Source: Actinomycetes bacterium
Lineage (GTDB): Bacteria; Actinomycetota; UBA4738; HRBIN12
Length of the DNA: 64,000 nt
Assembly: GCA_031423155.1 (NCBI GenBank)
Contig: JANPEZ010000097.1
Span: 1,048-65,047, forward strand
Reading direction: 5' to 3'
Shown: piece by piece, positions 28,226 to 36,412 of the stretch
Numbering within the stretch: the stretch's first letter is position 1
Layout: each line of letters begins with the position of its first letter
Notes under the pieces: generated by a model
Seen by the model: the letters and a program-made list of their open reading frames with translations, nothing else
What the model was told of the DNA's origin: nothing
Database searches by the model: none
Translations under genes and position numbers: made by a program

Positions 28226-29065
28226 TCAGTCGACCGTGTAGTGCGGGGCGAACTGGCGCCCCAAGTACATCCAGGCGATCAGGCAGCGATACATCTCGCG
28301 GATGTCATCCGTCTCCAGGCGCAAGGTCCGCGGTGCAGGTCGCTCGGTGCGAAGCGATAGGGCGGCGGCCTCAGCGATCATCGTGTTCGTGACGTCGGCC
28401 TCGAACGTGTAGGGCGGGGCCGGCCGGAACGGTTTCAGCGCATCCGCTCCGCGGACCGCTTCCTCGGCTCCGCTCTTGATGACCGTGCGGGCCCACTCGG
28501 GTGACAGGCTCTTGCCGGAGGCGGTCCCGAAACCCTCCTTAACCGAGATCGTGCGAACGCCTTGCAGGCGCGAGGTCGCTTGTTCGCAGCAGGCCCTATC
28601 GCCTACAACCAGGGCCACGGGCACGCCGAATGTGCCGGCGAGCGCCGCGTTCAGATGCGTCTCGTTCCAAGATTCACCGTTGACCCGGATGTCCATGAAG
28701 AAGCCCGTGTAGGTGTGGCCCAAGATCGCGCCCTGCACTCCCGGCCCCGCGTGATAGCCGAGGAACAGAGCGCATCCGAACTCGGGGCCTATCCCGGTCA
28801 TCATGCTGTAGGGGAGCTTGGGTTCGCCCTGGACCAGCTCGGCACGCCCATCCAGCTTGTGGGGCAACAGGTTTCCCATGTCCCCGTGCGAATCGGAGAC
28901 GACGACACGGTCGGCCCCGCCGTCGAAGGCGCCCTGGATGGCGGCGTTGGCCTCCTCGGTCATCAGCTCGCGAGCCCATGGGTAGTCGTCTGTGCCGCGG
29001 TAGATCTGACGCAAGGTCGTGATCCCCGCGATTCCCTCCATGTCGATGGAGATGAACACGTCCAT
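28226..29065 (-). CDS. M55-family D-aminopeptidase (DppA-like)
   Basis: N-terminus MDVFISIDMEGIAGI characteristic of peptidase M55. Confidence 0.85.
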   Translation of the reverse strand: MDVFISIDMEGIAGITTLRQIYRGTDDYPWARELMTEEANAAIQGAFDGGADRVVVSDSHGDMGNLLPHKLDGRAELVQGEPKLPYSMMTGIGPEFGCALFLGYHAGPGVQGAILGHTYTGFFMDIRVNGESWNETHLNAALAGTFGVPVALVVGDRACCEQATSRLQGVRTISVKEGFGTASGKSLSPEWARTVIKSGAEEAVRGADALKPFRPAPPYTFEADVTNTMIAEAAALSLRTERPAPRTLRLETDDIREMYRCLIAWMYLGRQFAPHYTVD

Positions 29066-29212
29066 CTGAGCTCCCCCTCGGTCGGTCAGAACATCCTATG
29101 CCCGCGAGCGGCTTCGGCGCTTCGGGCTTATGTCCTCGGGCGCGTCGCCCCGATCCGCCCCGGTTGCCCTACGGCCGGCCTGAGGCGCGTTCACTCGGGT
29201 AGCTTGCTCTTC

Positions 29213-29866
29213 ATGCGCGTGTTCGTTACCGGAGGCAGCGGGGTCCTTGGTCGCTCGCTGGTCCCGCTGCTCCGCCAACAGGGGCACGAAGTCCTATCGC
29301 CGAAGAGGGGTGAGCTCGACCTCTTCGACCCCGACGCGCTGGCGCTAGCGGTCGCCGGCTGCGAGGCCCTCCTCCATCTGGCGACGCGCATCCCGGCGCC
29401 CGATCGCTGGAAAGAGCCCGGGGTCTGGAACGAGAACGACCGGCTCCGGGCCCAGGCGACGCGCCTCCTCGTCGACGCGGCGCTGGCCTCGGCCGTCTCT
29501 TCGTTCGTGCTCCCGACAGTCGTCTTCGTCTACCCGGACGAAGGCCCCGTAGACGAGACCACGCCGGTCAGGCAGGACCTCGAGCCGAGCCTCGCCTCGG
29601 CTCTAGAGGCCGAGAGACAAGCGCTTCGATCCGCCGGCGACGACCGGTGCGGCGTCGTCCTGCGGCTGGGGCTGCTCTACGGACCGGGCACCTGGTCCGC
29701 TGAGCCGGACGACGATGCTCCCCTCCATATCCACGACGCGGGAACCGCTCTGCTGGCGGGGATCCGGGTTTGCAGCGGGGTATACAACGTGGTTGCCGAC
29801 GGTGGACGCGTCTCGAACGAGCTATTCAAGACCGCGACCGGTTGGCGCCCCTCTGTCACCCGATAG
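29213..29866 (+). CDS. NAD(P)-dependent epimerase/dehydratase-like (short SDR-type, 217 aa)
   Basis: VTGGSGVLG Rossmann motif. In-frame ATG 29213; the tracked 434-aa ORF N-terminus is antisense to the M55 gene. Confidence 0.65.
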   Translation: MRVFVTGGSGVLGRSLVPLLRQQGHEVLSPKRGELDLFDPDALALAVAGCEALLHLATRIPAPDRWKEPGVWNENDRLRAQATRLLVDAALASAVSSFVLPTVVFVYPDEGPVDETTPVRQDLEPSLASALEAERQALRSAGDDRCGVVLRLGLLYGPGTWSAEPDDDAPLHIHDAGTALLAGIRVCSGVYNVVADGGRVSNELFKTATGWRPSVTR

Positions 29867-29933
29867 GGTGATTTGCCCGTAACTAGTCATTCTTGACTAA
29901 AGACGGGACACCCCCTGAACCGATACCGGAGGC

Positions 29934-31421
29934 ATGCTGACGAGGGGGACTCGGTCGGCCGCCTTCGTCGGCGACGACTTCACGACCGAAACGGAGTTCG
30001 TTCAGCTCCGCGACGGCGCGCCCGGTGAGCTCCGGACGATCGACCTCGCCTCACGGGGCCGATGGGCGCGCATCGGGCGGGTGCTCACGAAGGGCACGAT
30101 CCTCGTTTACGCCGCGGCGATCCTGGTGTTCGTCTGGTACACCAAGCAGCTCGTGTTCGCCGGCTTCGCCCGGGATCCGCTCTTCGCCGGCTACTCGATC
30201 GGCGTAGTGATCTACCTGTTGTCGCGGTTCGGGCTGGCGCTCTTCTATCGGCCGGTGCCCGATCGCGGATACCGGCCCACGGTGACGATCATCGTGCCCG
30301 CGTTCAACGAAGCGGCCGGCATCGCCGGAACCCTGGAGACTTGCCTCGGGGTCGATTATCCGGAGGAGCTCCTGCAGGTGATCGTCGTCAACGACGGCTC
30401 CTCCGACGAAACGTGGAAGCACATCTGCCAGGTGTGGGAACGCCACCCTGAGCTGATGGCCGTCGATCTCGGCAAGAACTACGGCAAGAGGGCCGCGATG
30501 GCCGAGGGTGTCAAGCGTGCCACGGGCGAGATCGTCTGCTTCGTCGACTCGGACTCATACCTGGATCCTGCCGCGATCATCCACATCGTGCAGCCGTTCA
30601 CCGACCAGAAGGTCGGCGCCAGCGTCGGTCACGCGGAGGTCGCCAACCGCATGGCGAACTGGCTGACGAAGATGCAGCAGGTCCGCTACTACGCGGCCTT
30701 CCAAGTGATAAAGGGGACGGAGTCTCTGCTATCTGGGACCGTGACGTGCGCGTCGGGTTGCTGCGCCGCCTACCGGCGGAGCACGATCATGCCGGAGCTT
30801 CCGGCGTGGGAGGCGCAGACGTTCCTCGGCGTCCCTGCGACGTTCGGCGACGACAGGGCGCTGACGAACCGCGTCCTCAAACGCCACCGCGTCGTATTCC
30901 AGGCCAGCGCCAAGTCGGAGACGGTCGTCCCCGAGTCCATGAAAGTGTTCCTGCGCCAACAGCTTCGTTGGAAGAAGTCCTGGCTGCGGGAGTCGACCTA
31001 CGTCGCCCGGTACTTCTGGAGGAAGAATCCGATCGCCGCGCTATTCACATACGCCTCGATCTTGTTCCCACTCATCTCCCCGATCGTGGTCGGCCACGCG
31101 GTCTACCTTCGGATAGCCTCGGGGACCAGCGAGGGTCTGTGGTTCTACCTGATGGGTACGTACGCCATGGCCCTGCTCTACTCGCTGTACTACGCGTTCC
31201 GCCGGGAATCCGGGATGTGGCACCACGGCCTCACGTTCGTGGCCATCTACATGGGCGTGCTGGTTTTCCAGACGTACTGGGGCATCTTCACGATGCGCGA
31301 CAACCGGTGGGGGACCCGGGACTCAACGGTCAAGCACGAGCCGCTCGACGCGTCACTGTTAACGATCTTGCTTCCGGATCGCGAAGTGCGGGAGTCCGCG
31401 GACGTGGCCCTGGCGGGATGA
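29934..31421 (+). CDS. Processive family-2 glycosyltransferase (PgaC/IcaA/NodC/HAS-like synthase)
   Basis: N- and C-terminal TM segments. DGSSDET, DSDS and QQLRWKKSW (QxxRW) motifs. Confidence 0.85.
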   Translation: MLTRGTRSAAFVGDDFTTETEFVQLRDGAPGELRTIDLASRGRWARIGRVLTKGTILVYAAAILVFVWYTKQLVFAGFARDPLFAGYSIGVVIYLLSRFGLALFYRPVPDRGYRPTVTIIVPAFNEAAGIAGTLETCLGVDYPEELLQVIVVNDGSSDETWKHICQVWERHPELMAVDLGKNYGKRAAMAEGVKRATGEIVCFVDSDSYLDPAAIIHIVQPFTDQKVGASVGHAEVANRMANWLTKMQQVRYYAAFQVIKGTESLLSGTVTCASGCCAAYRRSTIMPELPAWEAQTFLGVPATFGDDRALTNRVLKRHRVVFQASAKSETVVPESMKVFLRQQLRWKKSWLRESTYVARYFWRKNPIAALFTYASILFPLISPIVVGHAVYLRIASGTSEGLWFYLMGTYAMALLYSLYYAFRRESGMWHHGLTFVAIYMGVLVFQTYWGIFTMRDNRWGTRDSTVKHEPLDASLLTILLPDREVRESADVALAG

Positions 31422-31428
31422 GCCCGTC

Positions 31429-32475
31429 GTGAACGCGTCCGCCCTCACCGGACATCATCCGATCGGTCCCCACCGGGTGCGCCGCCAGGCGCTCGTAGGG
31501 CTGCTGATGTTGCCGCTCACCCTGTTGCCGTTCTTCGCCTACTTCAACTTCACGCAGCAGGGTGCTCTTGTCTGGGAACGGATCAAAGTGACGATCTCGC
31601 CGCCCGTACTGCCGGTGCTCTCGACCTCCGAACTCGCGTGGATCGCCGACAGGAAGCCCTCGTACTCGGGGACCGTGGCGCTTCTGCTCTACCACGGGAT
31701 CGGATCGGGCGCCGACGGAGACGGCGGTTTCAGCATCTCGCCCGAGCGCTTCGCCGAGCAGCTCGCGACGCTGCGAGCCGCTGGTATGCACACGGTGACC
31801 GCGCGCCAGGTGGCGGCGGCCTTCGCGGGAGATGCGACCTTACCGCCCAACGCCGTGATGATCAGCTTCGATGACGGCCGCTCGGACGCGATGATGCACG
31901 CGGACCCGCTGCTGCAGCAAGCCGACATGCAGGCGACGATGTTCGTGATCTCGGACACCGCCGGCGACCCGGGGATCTACTACACCTCGTGGGATCGGTT
32001 GCGCGGATATGGGGACAGCGGCCGATGGGATCTGCAATCACACAGCGCCGGCTCGCACTTCGAGTGGAACGTCGGCGATCGGCTGCTACCGGCACTCACC
32101 AGCATCGAGCGCGGCGAGACGATCGACCAGTACAGGTCGCGGGTCGGAAGCGACCTCGCCAGGGCGAACTCGGAGATCACATCGCACATCGGCCAGACGC
32201 CCGTGGCTTTCGCCTACCCGTTCGGGGCTTACGGCACCGGCTACGACACTCGAACGAACGACCCTCGACTGGGGCCGATCCTGCAGGGCTTCGTCGCCGG
32301 CGAGTATCAGATCGCCTTCGATCAGGACGACCAAGCTTCCTGGGGGCTGACCGGTTGCGACGCGGATCCCTATCACCTGCACCGCCTGGAGGTCGGCGAC
32401 TGGTCGGGACGCCAGCTGCTTTCGAGGATCAACACGGCAGCGGCGGCCTTCAACGGGCAACCTTGCACGGCTTGA
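31429..32475 (+). CDS. Polysaccharide deacetylase (CE4, NodB-homology) with an N-terminal TM anchor
   Basis: ISFDDGRSD motif and conserved His/Asp pattern of CE4. Immediately downstream of the GT2 gene. Confidence 0.8.
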   Translation: MNASALTGHHPIGPHRVRRQALVGLLMLPLTLLPFFAYFNFTQQGALVWERIKVTISPPVLPVLSTSELAWIADRKPSYSGTVALLLYHGIGSGADGDGGFSISPERFAEQLATLRAAGMHTVTARQVAAAFAGDATLPPNAVMISFDDGRSDAMMHADPLLQQADMQATMFVISDTAGDPGIYYTSWDRLRGYGDSGRWDLQSHSAGSHFEWNVGDRLLPALTSIERGETIDQYRSRVGSDLARANSEITSHIGQTPVAFAYPFGAYGTGYDTRTNDPRLGPILQGFVAGEYQIAFDQDDQASWGLTGCDADPYHLHRLEVGDWSGRQLLSRINTAAAAFNGQPCTA

Positions 32476-32509
32476 ATCGAAGAGAGACGATCCTCTCCTC
32501 GCGTGCGAT

Positions 32510-32607
32510 CGGCGGAGGCGGACGGGAATCGAACCCGCCTGGGAGCTTGCGCCCCCACTACGGTTTTGAAGACCGCGGAGCCCACCAGGAACCCTGACGC
32601 CTCCGCC
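32510..32607 (-). tRNA. selC: Probable tRNA-Sec (anticodon UCA)
   Basis: Reverse complement reads GGCGGAGGCG...GGTCTTCAAAACC...long variable arm...GGGTTCGATTCCC...CGCCTCCGCC+G. It has a TTCGATT T-loop, anticodon loop CUUCAAA (U33, UCA, A37), a long extra arm, an extended 8-10 bp acceptor stem and discriminator G. No CCA is encoded. Confidence 0.6.
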
Positions 32608-32641
32608 ACCTAGGAAAGCACATGCGCGTCGGCGGCGTCCC

Positions 32642-32983
32642 TCAGGAGCGATACGGCTCTGAAAGTCTGAAGCGCCGCGGTGACTCGCCGGGTACCCGCT
32701 CGATGACCCCTCGCTTCTCGAGGGACTCCAGGGCGGCATAGGTGTTCGGCAGGTCGTCCTTGCCGATCGCCTGCGCTATCTCCGAGGCCTTCATCCCTCC
32801 GGCGTCGGCGAACGCCGGCAACCTAACGATCTTCCGCTGCCTGGTCCCCAGATTGAGCCGGTCGAGACGTTGTTCGATCGTCTCCCGGCCGGCGCCGAGG
32901 GACTCGAGTTCCCGCGCGGCCTCGCCGGCGGCCTCGGCCAGCCTCCGCATGAACCGCGCGATTGTCTCCTCTGTCTGTCCCAT
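32642..32983 (-). CDS. Small winged-helix (MarR/PadR-like) transcriptional regulator
   Basis: 113 aa; HTH-like segment ASEIAQAIGKDDLPNTYAALESLEKRGVIERV. Confidence 0.5.
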   Translation of the reverse strand: MGQTEETIARFMRRLAEAAGEAARELESLGAGRETIEQRLDRLNLGTRQRKIVRLPAFADAGGMKASEIAQAIGKDDLPNTYAALESLEKRGVIERVPGESPRRFRLSEPYRS

Positions 32984-32992
32984 GTCTTCCTC

Positions 32993-33550
32993 CTAAACCT
33001 GCCCATACCGGAAGCAGCCGGTCTCGTGGTCGTTGACCATGCCGGTCGCCTGCATGAACGCGTAGCAGACGGTGGGGCCGACGAAACGGAAGCCGCGGCG
33101 CTTCAGGTCCTTAGACATCGCGCGTGACTCGAGTGTCTCTGCGGGAAGGTCTGCGAGCGACCGCCATCGGTTCACGATCGGTTCGCCGCCAACGAACGTC
33201 CACATGTACGCCGCCAACGACCCCTCCTCCTCCTGCACCTTCAACACGGCCTTCGCATTGGTCAGGGTCGACTCGATCTTCAAGCGGTTGCGAACTATGG
33301 ACGGATCCGACATCAGTGTGTCGGTCCTTCTCGCATCGAACCGGGCGACCTTGCGTGCGTCGAACCCCGCGAAGAGTCGCCGATAGCCCTCGCGCTTGCG
33401 AAGGATCGTCTGCCACGAGAGCCCGGCCTGGGCGCCCTCGAGGGTGAGCATCTCGAACAGGTTGGAGTCATCGCGTGAGGGAACGCCCCACTCTTCGTCG
33501 TGGTAGGCGAGCATCAGCTCATCCGATCCCTCGGCCCAAGCACATCGCAT
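32993..33550 (-). CDS. tag: DNA-3-methyladenine glycosylase I
   Basis: Strong Tag-family similarity (AYHDEEWG, LTLEGAQAGLSW, Cys/His zinc site). Confidence 0.85.
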   Translation of the reverse strand: MRCAWAEGSDELMLAYHDEEWGVPSRDDSNLFEMLTLEGAQAGLSWQTILRKREGYRRLFAGFDARKVARFDARRTDTLMSDPSIVRNRLKIESTLTNAKAVLKVQEEEGSLAAYMWTFVGGEPIVNRWRSLADLPAETLESRAMSKDLKRRGFRFVGPTVCYAFMQATGMVNDHETGCFRYGQV

Positions 33551-33639
33551 GGGCCGCAGGTTATCTCGGTTGGTTGAGGTTCGCCGCGCGGTTCCATAGA
33601 CTTCCTAGTCCGTGATGGACTAGAGAGAGGTCGCCGAGG

Positions 33640-34188
33640 GTGGCGGTTCCGAAGGTCGAGCTGGTCGTTCTGGGGCTGTTGGCCGACGGGCCGGCCCACG
33701 GCTACGACCTGATCGAGCGGCTACGCGAGCGGTCGATGGGGTTCTGGATCGAGGTCGGCAAGGCCTCCGTGTATCAGACGTTGCACCGGCTCGAGGCCAG
33801 GGGCTTGATCACCGGCAAGGTGCAAGACAGCAACGACGGCCCCGACAGGAGGGTCTTCCGGATATCGAAGGCAGGCCGGGACAGGCTGGGTCTGGGGATG
33901 GCCGAGCGTTTCGGCGAACTCGCTCCCTTCGAAACCGAAGCCGGAACCGCTCTCGGATTCGTGCATCTGATGTCTCCCGCGGATGCGCGCCTGGCGGCAG
34001 ATGCCCGCGAGGCCGCGCTGCAGGATCTCCTCGCGGCGACGAAAGACGAACGCGCCCGCATGGGTGCTGAAAAGGGTGGATCGAGGGTGGTATCCAACGC
34101 GCTCCTGGAGAGGCAAGATGCCCTGGCCAGAGCCGAGCTCGCCTGGCTGAAGACCTTCCGCGCGGGCTTGAGCAAGATGCGTCGCTGA
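33640..34188 (+). CDS. PadR-family transcriptional regulator
   Basis: N-terminal PadR wHTH (LLADGPAHGYDLIERL...SVYQTLHRLEARGLI). Confidence 0.85.
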   Translation: MAVPKVELVVLGLLADGPAHGYDLIERLRERSMGFWIEVGKASVYQTLHRLEARGLITGKVQDSNDGPDRRVFRISKAGRDRLGLGMAERFGELAPFETEAGTALGFVHLMSPADARLAADAREAALQDLLAATKDERARMGAEKGGSRVVSNALLERQDALARAELAWLKTFRAGLSKMRR

Positions 34189-34204
34189 CCGAACCTAAGA
34201 TGGG

Positions 34205-35020
34205 ATGACCATGGAAGCCGCATTCTTCGACCTGGACAAGACGATCGTCTCGCGCTCGTCCTCGCTCGCGCTCTCGCGACCGATGTATCGGGCCGGGATG
34301 GTCTCGCGCGGACAGCTGCTGAAGGGCGCCTACGCTCAGATCGTCTATCTGCTCGTAGGGGCCGACGAACGCAAGATGGAACGTCTGAAGGAAGGCATGC
34401 TTGCCCTGACCAAAGGCTGGGACCGAGGCGAGGTCGAAGAACTCGTACGCGATGTCCTGATGGACGTGATCGACCCGTACGTCTACCAGGAGGCGCTCGA
34501 CCTGATGGAGCTGCACCGCTCCGAGGGGCGCGCCATCTATATCGTGTCTTCATCGCCCGAGGAGGTCGTCTACCCGCTGGCCCGGCACTTCGGTATCTCC
34601 GGCGTGATCGCGACCCGGGCCGAGATCGACGAGGACGGCCGCTACACGGGCGAGCTGGAGTTCTACTCCTACGGTGAGCAGAAGGCCGAGGCCATCAAGG
34701 AGATGGCGGCCAGAGCCGATATCGACCTTTCGCTGTCATACGCTTACTCGGATTCGGCGACCGATCTCCCGATGCTCGAAGCTGTGGGCAACCCCGTTGC
34801 CGTGAACCCGGATCGGGATCTGCGGAAACACGCCGAAGAGAGTGGATGGCAGATCCGGGACTTCCGCCGCCCGGTGCAGCTGCGCTCTCGCATCGCGACC
34901 GCGGTGCCCAAGCCCAAGCCTTCGGTCGCGGCGGCGGTGTTCGGGGCGGCCGCGGTCGCTGTCGTGCTTGCCTGGGTCGTGTTGCGCTCGCGCGGCGGGA
35001 CCAGGCGTCGGCGCTCGTAG
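34205..35020 (+). CDS. HAD-IB family hydrolase with a C-terminal membrane helix
   Basis: FFDLDKT motif I and the HAD-IB cap pattern. Confidence 0.8.
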   Translation: MTMEAAFFDLDKTIVSRSSSLALSRPMYRAGMVSRGQLLKGAYAQIVYLLVGADERKMERLKEGMLALTKGWDRGEVEELVRDVLMDVIDPYVYQEALDLMELHRSEGRAIYIVSSSPEEVVYPLARHFGISGVIATRAEIDEDGRYTGELEFYSYGEQKAEAIKEMAARADIDLSLSYAYSDSATDLPMLEAVGNPVAVNPDRDLRKHAEESGWQIRDFRRPVQLRSRIATAVPKPKPSVAAAVFGAAAVAVVLAWVVLRSRGGTRRRRS

Positions 35021-35200
35021 TCGATTGCGCATGCGGTCGCGATGGGTGTAGGTTCGAGGCGGTCGGTCAAACGACCAAGCGGAGGGAGCAGAACCCACGC
35101 GCGCCATGCCGCGGGAGGCATGCTGGGGCCCTGAGAGCGGAATGCGACTCGGCGCCTGAGCAAGTGCAAGCGCGAATGCTACCTGCTCCCTTCGCCGCGT

Positions 35201-36412
35201 CTAGGGCTCGGGCGGGCGCCGGTACTCGAAGTGATTGCCGTCGGGGACGACCCAGTCTCCTCCCCAGGTGAAGCCCCACTTCGCGAGCAGCGTGACGAGT
35301 CTTGGATCTTGATGGGGCGTGTTGCCGAAACCGTTGCCCGCGAGATTGCAATCGAAGGCGATGCCCCAGGTGTGATGACTGATGGTTGCCGTCGGCACCC
35401 GATTCACGAACCGGGGTACGTAGCACCCGTAGTAGGTATCCATCAGCGAGGCGAGTCCCTCGCGTTGTAGCTCCTGCATCGCTCCACGCAGCTGGGGGAT
35501 GAGCGCGCGGTTGCAAGTGACGCGCCCAAGGACCGGCACGGTGGTCGTGACGATGTTGGCCCGCACCCATGATGGATCGACCTGGAGGAAGCCCGGGTTG
35601 GCGGGATCCGGCCGTGCGGAGAACTCTCCGAACAAGGACTTGAGCAGAACCGGAGGAAGCACCGCGTCTCCGGCCCTGAAGTACGGAGTCTCGCCCGGCG
35701 CGCGAACCTGCACTTTCCTGTAGACCGGGTCGAGCGTGCTCGGCAGGAGCGGCGTGAGCTGCCTGATCAGCTTGGCCGAAGTCGGTGAACGGGCGGGCTG
35801 GAGCAGCAGGTACCGCTCGTGCGTGATCCCGATACGCGCGCCAGTCTCGCGGGAGACGAGCAGCTCGGCCGCGCCGATCAGTTCGTCGGGAAGTAAGGCG
35901 GCGATCTCGATCCTCACGCCGCCGGCGAACTGAAGGGTCGAACCCGGGCCGAGGCCACGCAACTCCGCCGAGGTCGCTCCTAGGATGCCCCGGCCCCTGG
36001 CGAGTTGGCGGGAAAGACCAACCTCCGCCGGCGGAAGGAACGGCGCGAAGCTCCGAGGGGTCACCGCGGCCGCATCGATGGGGATCATGAAGGGCGACGG
36101 AGGGCGATCGGCAACGCTGCCGTCGGCGGCGAAAGAGCGGGTCATCCAAGTGTTGTCCTCGGCCACGACGGCGACGGCGCCGATCTTCGGAAGGGATGCG
36201 GCCGCGGCCCCGAACCCGTCGGGAAGTCCGCCGGGAACCCATGCGAGGAAGGTGCTCTGGCGGATCGGAGTGAGTACCGGTTGGCCCCGAACGGGGTCCG
36301 GCGGGCCTTTCTCCCGCGGCACCAGGCCTCGACTCTGTACTGCGATCGTGACTATCGCTCCCAGAACCGATCCAACCACGAGCGCTGCCGTGGCGCCGAG
36401 CAAGCGCTTCAC
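35201..36412 (-). CDS. Membrane-anchored M15-family peptidase (VanY / D-Ala-D-Ala carboxypeptidase-like) with an N-terminal extracytoplasmic domain
   Basis: GTG start overlapping the anti-sigma stop (GTGA). C-terminal SHHTWGIAFDCN...WGGDW...DGNHFEY zinc-site motifs of peptidase M15. Confidence 0.8.
   Translation of the reverse strand: MKRLLGATAALVVGSVLGAIVTIAVQSRGLVPREKGPPDPVRGQPVLTPIRQSTFLAWVPGGLPDGFGAAAASLPKIGAVAVVAEDNTWMTRSFAADGSVADRPPSPFMIPIDAAAVTPRSFAPFLPPAEVGLSRQLARGRGILGATSAELRGLGPGSTLQFAGGVRIEIAALLPDELIGAAELLVSRETGARIGITHERYLLLQPARSPTSAKLIRQLTPLLPSTLDPVYRKVQVRAPGETPYFRAGDAVLPPVLLKSLFGEFSARPDPANPGFLQVDPSWVRANIVTTTVPVLGRVTCNRALIPQLRGAMQELQREGLASLMDTYYGCYVPRFVNRVPTATISHHTWGIAFDCNLAGNGFGNTPHQDPRLVTLLAKWGFTWGGDWVVPDGNHFEYRRPPEP

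Noticed and set aside
28562-29212. N-terminal 217 codons of the 434-aa plus-strand ORF
   Set aside because: Antisense to the M55 D-aminopeptidase gene with no protein-like features. The real epimerase-like gene starts at in-frame ATG 29213.
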